The notes under the pieces are model-generated. The model worked only from the letters and a program-made list of their open reading frames with translations, did not search any database and was not told the origin of the DNA. Positions 27,407 to 35,888 of a DNA stretch of 64,000 nucleotides are shown one piece after another. The stretch is from positions 1 through 64,000 of the IMG/VR virus record IMGVR_UViG_3300033074_001674; one strand, 5' to 3'. Position 1 is the first letter of the stretch; each line of letters begins with the position of its first letter. Both the position numbers and the translations under genes were made by a program. The stretch comes from a virus (lineage: Duplodnaviria > Caudoviricetes).

Positions 27407-28079
27407 TTGGGCAGGTCTAATTGACGACGATATGATTGTTGATGTGGAAATATCTAAGGATAGAAAAAAGACAGTTTCCGCAGACATAGTTACAAACACC
27501 ACAAATTCAATTGTATTTGATGTAAGCCATAAGACGCCAGAATATTATTCATCTGGAGGATTTAAGTGGCAAAAGGTTGGAAGAAGAATTTTAGTCCCCA
27601 CAAAAGATTCCATTAAAATAAGCGATGCGTCTAAAGACATAGAGGAAAATTACCTAAAACTACTTACTGGAACGCCAGTAGAGCTTAAGGCGATAATACA
27701 TTGTGCGTATAAAAAATTCGTGGCGCAAATACCCTCTGATGGTTCATCATTCGATGATGCAATAGTTCTAAAGAACGTTTTGATTCCAGCAGAGATTAAA
27801 GTAACAATTGGCAAACACAACAATATTTGCCCAATGAAAATGTTAGAGGAATGCACAAGAACAATCATAGATATAAGAAAGTCGAACTTAATTAATTCCG
27901 CGGAAAGGCCAGCATTCCCAATAGTTGAGTATATAGGGATTTGGATTAATTACGACGTTAACCTCGGTCTCTATATGGTAAAACCCCAAATTAGAATGAG
28001 TCCAACAATTATGACCATAAATAGGTACAATAGCTTGGGCGAATTAACTATGTCTAGACACGAAGGAATTACAATTTGA
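27390..28079 (+). CDS. hypothetical protein
   Basis: 229 aa ORF, GGAG RBS. Confidence 0.75.
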   Translation: MSYYNNWAGLIDDDMIVDVEISKDRKKTVSADIVTNTTNSIVFDVSHKTPEYYSSGGFKWQKVGRRILVPTKDSIKISDASKDIEENYLKLLTGTPVELKAIIHCAYKKFVAQIPSDGSSFDDAIVLKNVLIPAEIKVTIGKHNNICPMKMLEECTRTIIDIRKSNLINSAERPAFPIVEYIGIWINYDVNLGLYMVKPQIRMSPTIMTINRYNSLGELTMSRHEGITI

Positions 28080-29008
28080 AATTCGAAGATTTCATAGGCA
28101 ATACACAAGCGGTAGGACTACTTAAATTGTTGTGCGCAGATACAAAAGAGCACAACATGCCATTTCCACACATAGGGGTATTTGGTCCTGCCGGCCACGG
28201 AAAGACTACAATTACCAATATTGTGGCGGCTGAACTAAAAAGAAAGTTCGTTTATATAAATAGTACGGCAGTAAGGAGAGCCGGCCTAATTCGCGGGCTA
28301 ATTACACATCCAGAGAATATGGCAAATGGAGCCATTATATTTATGGATGAAGCCCACCAGTTGCCCAAGCAAATACAAGACAGCTTACTATCCGCTCTTG
28401 AAAAGCCAGCGAAACTAGTAACCTCATTCAAGGACCAGGTATTGTCAGATAATCTGCCTGACCATATAACTTTTGCATTTGCGACCACAGATAAATCTAA
28501 AATGAACAATACTCTACTTTCCAGATTAGAAGAAATAGAGCTAGGAGAGTATACTACTGCAGAGAAGCAACTTATAGCCATAGGAGAATTTGCAAGGCAA
28601 AAAATAGATAATGCCAACCTAGATATGGACGCTGCAGTTGAAATAGGGAGAATATCTAGGTCCGGGCGCCATGTAATTAAGCTTGTGGATAGGGTCGTGA
28701 GACTGGCTCGTGTAATGAAAGTGCAAAAAATAAATGCGGACCTAGTTAAAATGGTCTGTGAAGCCAACGGGGTAGATGGGAATGGCCTCACAAAGGTAGA
28801 TAGAAGGCTCCTGCGATACTTAAATGAGACTGGCCACTGCGGGATAGAAAACCTTGAAGTCTACTTAAATATGCCAAGAGGACAAATAACAAATACAATA
28901 GAACCATGGCTTGTTAGACATAAATTAATTGTAAGGCAAGCATCTGGTCGTGTGATTACTGAAAAGGGCAGGCTTGCACTAAACGGACAAAGGATAGATT
29001 ACGAATGA
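28076..29008 (+). CDS. ruvB: Holliday junction branch-migration AAA+ ATPase RuvB-like
   Basis: FEDFIG, GPAGHGKTT, FMDEAH, FATT, L.SR, GL...DR..L, IEPWL, GRVIT.KG. Confidence 0.88.
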   Translation: MKFEDFIGNTQAVGLLKLLCADTKEHNMPFPHIGVFGPAGHGKTTITNIVAAELKRKFVYINSTAVRRAGLIRGLITHPENMANGAIIFMDEAHQLPKQIQDSLLSALEKPAKLVTSFKDQVLSDNLPDHITFAFATTDKSKMNNTLLSRLEEIELGEYTTAEKQLIAIGEFARQKIDNANLDMDAAVEIGRISRSGRHVIKLVDRVVRLARVMKVQKINADLVKMVCEANGVDGNGLTKVDRRLLRYLNETGHCGIENLEVYLNMPRGQITNTIEPWLVRHKLIVRQASGRVITEKGRLALNGQRIDYE

Positions 29009-29652
29009 GCGATATTATTACAGAGTTTGGAGAAGTGATTAATAATCAAGCTAAATCTATTGGAAGAAAATTCCTTCCTCTAATCAAGTCCCGCGTTGAT
29101 ATGGATGACCTAATTAATGAGGCCGCGCTGGTCGCTTTAGAAATACACAAAAAGTATGACCCCTCGCGGGACCCAGACAAATCCCGCTATATGGGAATAC
29201 AAATAAGGTATGGATTATTGCGATATGTCGCCAGCAACATGTATGACCTCAGCGCACCGTATAGTGCAATGTATACGGCCGACAAAGAGAATAATGAAGA
29301 TTTTCTGCACAATAATAGGGCAGTCAGAATAGTTCCCCCTAATAGAGGAGTAGAAGATGTCCCATACTCAAACAAAATTTCCGCAGATAGTATTGTATTC
29401 GCTAGCGGCTCCCAGCCTCATATAGATAAGTTGGAAAAGGATGAAGATATAGAAATACTGCGACAGGAAATTGCAAAATTAAATAAAGATGAAAGAACGG
29501 TAATTGCTGAGCGATATTTGTCAGAAAGCAAGCGCACAAAAGAAGATGTAGCGCAACAGATTAATGTGAACCAAATAACTGTTGGGATAATTGAAGACAG
29601 GGCAAAAAATAAATTGCGCACAAGAATCAAGGCACGACATGACAAACAGTGA
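29005..29652 (+). CDS. phage sigma-70-family RNA polymerase sigma factor
   Basis: Region 2 DDLINEA...KYDPSR; region 4 L...ERTVI..RY...T..DVA......V..IE.RA..KLR. Confidence 0.85.
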   Translation: MSDIITEFGEVINNQAKSIGRKFLPLIKSRVDMDDLINEAALVALEIHKKYDPSRDPDKSRYMGIQIRYGLLRYVASNMYDLSAPYSAMYTADKENNEDFLHNNRAVRIVPPNRGVEDVPYSNKISADSIVFASGSQPHIDKLEKDEDIEILRQEIAKLNKDERTVIAERYLSESKRTKEDVAQQINVNQITVGIIEDRAKNKLRTRIKARHDKQ

Positions 29653-29935
29653 TGTGATTCATAGTTTAGAGAACATTTTTATTGACACAAGTGTGCTTTT
29701 TTCAATTTCCGAGAGATGTCTAAAAACCGCACAGCTAACATTAGACTGGCTATATAAACAATCTGACATTGATTTTACAGAAAAAGAAAGAGATATTTTA
29801 CTCCGGGTTGTCGCAGCGCTAAATATTGATTTAGCAGAGATGCGCAGAGACGTAGAAAGCATACGTTTCTATAACAACTATTTAGACCGGAGTATTAGAA
29901 ATGGCGAAACCAAATCAAAGACAACACAACTCTAG
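29639..29935 (+). CDS. hypothetical protein
   Basis: Overlapping coupled ORF. Confidence 0.65.
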   Translation: MTNSDVIHSLENIFIDTSVLFSISERCLKTAQLTLDWLYKQSDIDFTEKERDILLRVVAALNIDLAEMRRDVESIRFYNNYLDRSIRNGETKSKTTQL

Positions 29936-30305
29936 AACTAGAGGAAATAACTCAAGAAGAAAACCAACAATATGGGGAGAGATAACAAGAACAATTGGCA
30001 AGGGCGCGAATAAGCGGGAAATTAAAGAGCAAGTAAAGATTCCGCACGATAAGTTGTGGGACCCAGATTTGCTTGACCAAGAGAATCTTCCATTCCCATA
30101 TGACCTTCTTAAACTAGATTGGATGGAAGAGCTAATACATTATTCCGTAGATAACAAGAGAAAGCTCTCTAAAACATACAACGAACAAACTGGCGTATAT
30201 ACTTACGCGGTGTGTGATAAGTACGGAAAGCCTGTTATTTCCGTTTCAACAACGCGAAACATAATGTATAATCCACGCGCTAAGCGTTTTAGAGGCAAGA
30301 AATGA
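29901..30305 (+). CDS. hypothetical basic protein
   Basis: GGAG RBS, 134 aa. Confidence 0.75.
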   Translation: MAKPNQRQHNSRTRGNNSRRKPTIWGEITRTIGKGANKREIKEQVKIPHDKLWDPDLLDQENLPFPYDLLKLDWMEELIHYSVDNKRKLSKTYNEQTGVYTYAVCDKYGKPVISVSTTRNIMYNPRAKRFRGKK

Positions 30306-30691
30306 ACTGGCAAGAACTTCTGTGGCAGGTATTGGCTTTTCTTCTACCGATATTGTCTACTGTATTGAGCCTTGTAATTGCAGCACTTCTTAAGAAGTGG
30401 CTGGACAAACTCAATATAGAGCGCTCGGCCAAGATAGATGACATGATTGACAAGTATGTAAAGATTGGCGTTGATTACGTTGACAAGCTTGTTGCCACAA
30501 AAGCAAAGCTAAATCAGTCTGCACCTGCGTCACAAGATAAGTTGAATATGGCAGTTTCAACTGTAATGGCAGAACTTGAACAAAGTGGGATTAAGGGAGT
30601 CGCCGAATCCCTAGTCGTGGCCAGAATCGAGGCCGCGCTCGGAGCCCGCGACTCGAGTAAGGAGTTAGATAAAAGTACACAAGGAGTTTAA
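30302..30691 (+). CDS. putative holin (LL-H-like)
   Basis: Single N-terminal TM, then K...A...L...GI...IEAA. Confidence 0.7.
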   Translation: MNWQELLWQVLAFLLPILSTVLSLVIAALLKKWLDKLNIERSAKIDDMIDKYVKIGVDYVDKLVATKAKLNQSAPASQDKLNMAVSTVMAELEQSGIKGVAESLVVARIEAALGARDSSKELDKSTQGV

Positions 30692-30734
30692 CGAAGCACT
30701 AAAAAATATAAACGTCAGGAAACTGACAGAGGTC

Positions 30735-30998
30735 GTGATTCTACTAGCCAAGAGCAAATTTGACCTCAATAAAAAGCTCGACAATGACATGTTCAATCAT
30801 GTTGTTTATATCTGTAATCAAATATTGCAGATGGCTAAGAGAGATGGTATTTCGTGGGAAATGGCCGAAAAGGCAGGAAAAATGCTTTGGAGGCTATATT
30901 TGGTTATTGGAGCTTATAATGGAAAGCGTCAAGATGTGACATTGAGTCGCATACTTTCCATAGTTGGTGAATTTCATTCTACATTCACAGGAGTGTAA
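30735..30998 (+). CDS. hypothetical protein
   Basis: GAGG RBS, GTG start. Confidence 0.65.
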   Translation: MILLAKSKFDLNKKLDNDMFNHVVYICNQILQMAKRDGISWEMAEKAGKMLWRLYLVIGAYNGKRQDVTLSRILSIVGEFHSTFTGV

Positions 30999-30999
30999 A

Positions 31000-31596
31000 A
31001 TGGGTGTTACTGTTCTAGATTTGCGTCGTGATGGTCCTGCTTTTGTCGCTGGTCTCCAGATTGGAGACAGCATCTATCAGCTAGGTGTGCAGGCGGTTAA
31101 CACGCCTGCCGATTTGGCCAAGGCTCTTTCGATGGTTTCGGCCGAGGGCACTACCCCCGTCCGATACTACCGGGCCGGCATTGCGCGAAGCGGGATGCTG
31201 TATGGAGTTGGGAGAACTGCTAACGGTAAGACCAAGCGACTCGGGATTGTGACCGACCCCAAGTTGGTCGGGTCATTCTTCAAGAGAGGCGTTGCGCCTA
31301 AGGCACAGCCTGCTGCGGCAGGAGATGGCCTTGGTGTCCCGGTTCTTCGCGTCGATTTGGGCTCTCCTCTAGCTACCCTTGTTCGGGCTGGCGACGTGCT
31401 ACTGTCGATTAACGGCAGAGCGCTGAGCAAGTCCGAGGATGTGGCTGCTGCGGTCAAGGCCACTGCCGCTGAGGCGCTTTCGAGCGTTGCTTTCCGGCGT
31501 CAGGGCGTCCGTCGAACTGGCAGTGCCAGATTCGGGCGGAGAGCTGACGGCACTGTCAAGCGGCTTGGAATCGTGACTCGACCTGAAGCGCTTTAG
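31000..31596 (+). CDS. stand-alone tandem PDZ-domain protein
   Basis: GPAFVAGLQIGDSI and GSPL...RAGDVLLSING; each repeat ends KRLGIVT; AGGAG RBS. Confidence 0.85.
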   Translation: MGVTVLDLRRDGPAFVAGLQIGDSIYQLGVQAVNTPADLAKALSMVSAEGTTPVRYYRAGIARSGMLYGVGRTANGKTKRLGIVTDPKLVGSFFKRGVAPKAQPAAAGDGLGVPVLRVDLGSPLATLVRAGDVLLSINGRALSKSEDVAAAVKATAAEALSSVAFRRQGVRRTGSARFGRRADGTVKRLGIVTRPEAL

Positions 31597-31624
31597 ATGG
31601 CGGGCTCTGCGGAGCCACCACTTA

Positions 31625-31757
31625 TGCCTTGGTAGTTAGGATTGTGAACAGATTAATCTGTTCTTTAGCAAACAACGTGGCCCCGTGTTGTATCCTAAAA
31701 CGGGGCGCCTCTCCAAGCTAAATGGAGTGGCGGGCCGACCCCAGAGACAGGGCGGCA
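31625..31757 (+). ncRNA. candidate structured RNA with pseudoknot
   Basis: TTAGGAT/ATCCTAA, GAACAGA/TCTGTTC, CCCCGT/ACGGGG, CGCC/GGCG, CTCCA/TGGAG, TGCC/GGCA. Confidence 0.6.
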
Positions 31758-31783
31758 CACTCTTTAAAATAGGTGTCGCAATC

Positions 31784-31868
31784 GCACAGGTAGCTCAATG
31801 TAGAGTGTTTGGGTTAATTCTTAATATGAAACCTTTTCGGGTTGCTGGTTCAAGTCCAGCCCTGTGCA
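31784..31868 (+). ncRNA. tRNA-like RNA with aberrant anticodon/variable region
   Basis: GCACAGG/CCTGTGC, GCTC/GAGT D-stem, GCTGG-TTCAAGT-CCAGC; no canonical anticodon arm. Confidence 0.78.
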
Positions 31869-31881
31869 TAAGACAATTTAT

Positions 31882-31964
31882 TCCCAGGTATTCCGTAATT
31901 GGTAGCGGGCCGGACTGTTAATCCGGGGCGAACAGCACTGTAGGTTCGAGTCCTACCCTGGGAG
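31882..31964 (+). tRNA. tRNA-Asn (GTT), atypical
   Basis: TCCCAGG/CCTGGGA, CCGGA-CTGTTAA-TCCGG, T-loop TTCGAGT; long variable region. Confidence 0.88.
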
Positions 31965-31967
31965 ATT

Positions 31968-32252
31968 ATGCATTACGAAATCAAATTATCTAATGAGAAT
32001 GATTTTTGCTTAGTGGCGTGCGGTCCAAACGCTAGGCTTTTAAGCGTACTATCACTGGCACATGCTAGTCTATCCGATGATAGAAGCATCAAATCTTCTA
32101 TCTATAAAAGAATAAATTATAATGGTGGATTAAATAGCATGACAATATGTGAAATGCGCGAAATGGTCAGACCAAAAATTAAGCTGCCAACTACCAGAGA
32201 AATCCTTATAATGGAAATTTCAGAAGTAGCCGATGTACCATCTAATATTTAA
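31968..32252 (+). CDS. beta-beta-alpha paralog family member
   Basis: CLVACGPNARLLSVL..A...L. Confidence 0.78.
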   Translation: MHYEIKLSNENDFCLVACGPNARLLSVLSLAHASLSDDRSIKSSIYKRINYNGGLNSMTICEMREMVRPKIKLPTTREILIMEISEVADVPSNI

Positions 32253-32526
32253 ATTAGAGCCAGGCGAAGAATCTTGTGCGCTAGCACTAGCCAATCCAAG
32301 AAAAGTGACTTTAAAATCTGTGCTAAATGAGGCCATAGAAGGTCTAAAGGCTTTTGGCGACAGAGAAGCTCTATTAAATAGTATAACTGAGACACAAAAA
32401 TTATTTGATGCATGGAGATATCTATCTATCAATGAAATTATATACAGATTTGGGAGTAGTGACAAAATTGGTTTTAAATTGGAAAATGCTACTACATTAA
32501 GAATTATATTAAAATGTATAAAATAA
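32233..32526 (+). CDS. beta-beta-alpha paralog family member
   Basis: CALAL...KVTLKSVLNEAIEGL...GDREALL. Confidence 0.78.
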   Translation: MYHLIFKLEPGEESCALALANPRKVTLKSVLNEAIEGLKAFGDREALLNSITETQKLFDAWRYLSINEIIYRFGSSDKIGFKLENATTLRIILKCIK

Positions 32527-32774
32527 CACTAGAATGTAGATGTGACAAAAAGTGCGGCACATGCACACTTTATTGTGGCCCAAATGCCAAACTGAAAGAT
32601 GTACTACAGGTTGCCGCAAATAACCTTGAGGCAGATATTAAACGCGAACATCTAACATTTAGAATCAAAGATAGGATACTGTTCGGAGGGCATTGGAACA
32701 AAAGTACAATAAGTAGCCTTGTTGCAGACATGCTTCCCGTTAATGGAATTTATATTTATAGGGAGAAACTATAA
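32514..32774 (+). CDS. beta-beta-alpha paralog family member
   Basis: CTLYCGPNAKLKDVLQVAANNL. Confidence 0.78.
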   Translation: MYKITLECRCDKKCGTCTLYCGPNAKLKDVLQVAANNLEADIKREHLTFRIKDRILFGGHWNKSTISSLVADMLPVNGIYIYREKL

Positions 32775-33262
32775 TGCCGCTTTTTATTAAGTGCTCTCTT
32801 TGTGAGCAGTTTCATCAAAAACACAATGAGCCGCTTAGAAGGTGCGGCAAATTGGTATTTATTCCTGCCTACGGATGGATTGAATGGAGCGCGGATGCTG
32901 CGGTCAATATTAATTTTGGGAGAGCCATGAATACAAGAGCACTTTGTAGATATTGTAGAAGGTATCACACGGCATTTGAGGATTGTGTGCCGGGATATCA
33001 AGTAGCTGGCGTGCCTAAAACAATAGGAAATAAAGAAACAGAAAAATTATTGCCTGTGCGCACAGATAAAGATTCCAGCAATACGACCACGACCGGCGCG
33101 GAAAATCCAATTAGAGTAGAGCGGGTATATATCGGTGGCGCTAAGCAAGAGCAGCCTGAGCCCACTCCGATTAAACAAATAGAGCCACGCCAAACAACGA
33201 AGGATGTTGTTAAGGAAATATTAAAGAGGATTGAGGCGGCCAAATGTCTAGAAGCAACTTAG
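32774..33262 (+). CDS. zinc-finger protein
   Basis: CSLC...H...C and CRYC...H...C. Confidence 0.75.
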   Translation: MPLFIKCSLCEQFHQKHNEPLRRCGKLVFIPAYGWIEWSADAAVNINFGRAMNTRALCRYCRRYHTAFEDCVPGYQVAGVPKTIGNKETEKLLPVRTDKDSSNTTTTGAENPIRVERVYIGGAKQEQPEPTPIKQIEPRQTTKDVVKEILKRIEAAKCLEAT

Positions 33263-33441
33263 ACATCTATAGAGAATCCAAAGATAGAATGAGGAGAGCT
33301 AAAAATCTATTCATGACCACGCACGAATGGAAGATAGCTAGGGGATTGGCAGAGCCTAAAGACCATTCTTGGATTTGGAAGATATTACTATGCGCCGCCG
33401 CATTTATATTGGCGGCGAACATGTGGAGATTATCACCTTAA
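33244..33441 (+). CDS. small membrane protein
   Basis: C-terminal hydrophobic segment. Confidence 0.65.
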   Translation: MSRSNLDIYRESKDRMRRAKNLFMTTHEWKIARGLAEPKDHSWIWKILLCAAAFILAANMWRLSP

Positions 33442-33657
33442 ATGAGCCACTTAAAAGTACTATTATGGTTAGCAGATAGTGAGTGCGAGCTCGCTTGTGG
33501 AGAAAATACGAGGGTTAGAGATGTTTTAAGAACTGCGGCTAATAATACGTCAGGAGATATTAGAGCTGCGCTTTATGATGTTGCTGAGGTTTTGCCGAAC
33601 ATGTTCATTAAAGAATGGATTGATGTTTCAAAGGACATGATTCTTATGGCGATGTAG
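33442..33657 (+). CDS. beta-beta-alpha paralog family member (short, possibly frameshifted)
   Basis: CELACGENTRVRDVLRTAANN. Confidence 0.72.
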   Translation: MSHLKVLLWLADSECELACGENTRVRDVLRTAANNTSGDIRAALYDVAEVLPNMFIKEWIDVSKDMILMAM

Positions 33658-33878
33658 AGTTTTCCGTAATCGTAACTACTCAGAATCCGGATGACGGCTC
33701 ATTTGAAATTGAAATGGGAAAATACAAAAAGAAACTAAAAGAATGGAACGATTGGAACAAAGAACACGCAGAGGAAATAGCTGCGCTTAAAAAAGAACGG
33801 GCTGCGAAGAAAAAAGAAAATAAAGCACTAATACGTGAACTTCAAAAAGAAATAGAGAAATTAAAACGAGAACAATGA
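33624..33878 (+). pseudogene. start-less coding frame (frameshift continuation or gene remnant)
   Basis: GHDSYGDVEFSVIVTTQ...KYKKKLKEW...IEKLKREQ*; first ATG only at 33714. Confidence 0.5.
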
Positions 33879-34330
33879 CACGACTATTATTATTGTTGTT
33901 CATGCTAATCGTCCCCGGCTGCTCCTGGATTCAGCCATCATTTATTAGCGAAAACAGTTATAGTGTAGCATCAGTAGATTCAGGAGAGAATCTCGGTGGA
34001 CATTTTGATGAAGATGACAATTGGGTTCCTGATAATCCAGATATATCTCTGACATATAAAATACCCGATATATCTAGCGGCATTATATTCGATGCAAGCG
34101 ATTTCAAAGTCACTCCAACTCTCCAGGTGGAGTTATTTGAATTTGACACACATATCCCATACGTTAATAGGCTCGTGGTAGATTTTGGCGTAGGGTATCA
34201 ACGGACATTTATTTATGTTGGCAAACTGTGGACTTCAATATTTGAGATAACAACTGGTGGTTTCGTTGGATGGGACTGGGAAGAAAAAGACCTGTCCTAT
34301 GGCATAGGGGCAACAATAATAAGGTTCTAA
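33875..34330 (+). CDS. putative lipoprotein with beta-barrel-like C-terminus
   Basis: Signal ...IVPGC; amphipathic strands; ends YGIGATIIRF. Confidence 0.7.
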   Translation: MTRLLLLLFMLIVPGCSWIQPSFISENSYSVASVDSGENLGGHFDEDDNWVPDNPDISLTYKIPDISSGIIFDASDFKVTPTLQVELFEFDTHIPYVNRLVVDFGVGYQRTFIYVGKLWTSIFEITTGGFVGWDWEEKDLSYGIGATIIRF

Positions 34331-34331
34331 T

Positions 34332-35201
34332 ATGAGCTATATCCTTAACAAAAATGGTCTTCAAAAAGCAAAGACTGCAAATGGCTTAAATGGCGCTCAT
34401 GCCGACGCATATCGCATCAAATATGATTTTCTTGGCGATGATATGGTAAAGTTGGAATCTTTTGAAAACCAAGCTTGTTTTTCGCAAATGCCATCACAAA
34501 TATTAAAGCACAGAGATAAAGTCAAATATATTAGGCTTTATCATAGAATGCCATTGCCAACGCCAAATTGGCCAGACATGGAACAGGATGTTATATGGTG
34601 GCTCAGCAAGGCCCTTGAGGAAGGAGGACTAATCCTATCAACAAAAGACACAACTGGATGGGATATATATACGGATGGACTCACAATCCCATTAAGCCAT
34701 CCGCTTGCCACAATAGATAAAGTGTATATCGCCGGCACAATACTGCGGATGCCAAATGAATTTAGCGCCATGGTAAGGACCACTATACATTTAGTCAAAA
34801 ATTGCTCGGTCCCGTTCTGGCCTGCTTTTTATTACACGCATGGACAATTTAATGTGGGGACTGGCCATTCATTCTTAAGCTTGGGCACATCTCCTTACTA
34901 TAAAGGCTATAGATTATCTTTGGATGGAGTAAAAGAATTCCATTCATACATGAAGGATAGAAAAGTAAAGATGTCCCGCATAGAAGATATGATTAATAAA
35001 GCAGCGCCTAAACAATACAATGCATGGGACTGGCATGGCACTGCCAATATTGTCACGCCAACAACCAAAAGTGCGGCAGTTAGCGATGCCATCAAAACAA
35101 TTTACCCGCCAATACGAGACTATTTGAACGAAATTGACCCAGGCAAGTTAGACTCTATCTATAAAGAAATTCAATCTCTAGACCATACAAAAGAGGCGTA
35201 A
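34332..35201 (+). CDS. hypothetical protein
   Basis: 289 aa ORF directly upstream of the C26 peptidase. Confidence 0.8.
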   Translation: MSYILNKNGLQKAKTANGLNGAHADAYRIKYDFLGDDMVKLESFENQACFSQMPSQILKHRDKVKYIRLYHRMPLPTPNWPDMEQDVIWWLSKALEEGGLILSTKDTTGWDIYTDGLTIPLSHPLATIDKVYIAGTILRMPNEFSAMVRTTIHLVKNCSVPFWPAFYYTHGQFNVGTGHSFLSLGTSPYYKGYRLSLDGVKEFHSYMKDRKVKMSRIEDMINKAAPKQYNAWDWHGTANIVTPTTKSAAVSDAIKTIYPPIRDYLNEIDPGKLDSIYKEIQSLDHTKEA

Positions 35202-35888
35202 ATGTACTGTTTAGTTGTAGGTGGTGCAATGGGATATTTTATTCCAGCCAACCATTTGGGATTAATCCCGACTGATGACCTATCTATTCTTAACACGCCA
35301 GAAAAAGTGAAGTTAGCCATTTTTACAGGCGGTGAGGATGTTGACCCATCTCTGTACGGCCACGTCATGGATAGAACAACAGGCTCTAATATAAGAAGAG
35401 ACAAGTATGAAGTTGGTGCATTCCACGCATTAAAGGAATTTAATATACCAAAGGTGGGAATATGTAGGGGCGCACAGTTTTTGTGCGTGATGGCTGGCGG
35501 GTCATTAATCCAAGATGTAACAGGTCATGGGTCGAACCATTACCTTGTATTTAGGGATAAAGATGGCGCGATGAAAAAGTCGCCAGAGAAGGTTACATCC
35601 ACACATCACCAAATGCAATATCCATGGGATTTGCCGGAGGATAATTTTAAGGTTTTGGCCGGCTCTCCTAGCCCAATCTCTAATCATTATGTGTGGAATA
35701 ATCGCAAGTATTATTCAAATCAATTGGAGATTCCTCAGCAGTTCTGGGTAGAACCGGATGTTGTGCATTATCCGAAAATTAATGCGCTGGGCATACAATA
35801 TCATCCAGAGTGGATGCCCGAGAATTCGTGGGGGATGATATACGCAAGAGGCTTAATAAGTAGTCTTGTGAATGGCGATGACATATAG
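35202..35888 (+). CDS. class I glutamine amidotransferase-like, peptidase C26 family
   Basis: FTGGEDVDP.LYG, RD..E, GICRGAQ, STHHQ, QYHPE. Confidence 0.92.
   Translation: MYCLVVGGAMGYFIPANHLGLIPTDDLSILNTPEKVKLAIFTGGEDVDPSLYGHVMDRTTGSNIRRDKYEVGAFHALKEFNIPKVGICRGAQFLCVMAGGSLIQDVTGHGSNHYLVFRDKDGAMKKSPEKVTSTHHQMQYPWDLPEDNFKVLAGSPSPISNHYVWNNRKYYSNQLEIPQQFWVEPDVVHYPKINALGIQYHPEWMPENSWGMIYARGLISSLVNGDDI

Noticed and set aside
31685-31921. 78-aa ORF
   Set aside because: It spans a structured RNA, a tRNA-like element and tRNA-Asn.
509-31964. HDV-like (theta) ribozymes directly 3' of tRNAs
   Set aside because: I could not build the nested double pseudoknot downstream of any tRNA by eye; a motif search would be needed to exclude it.
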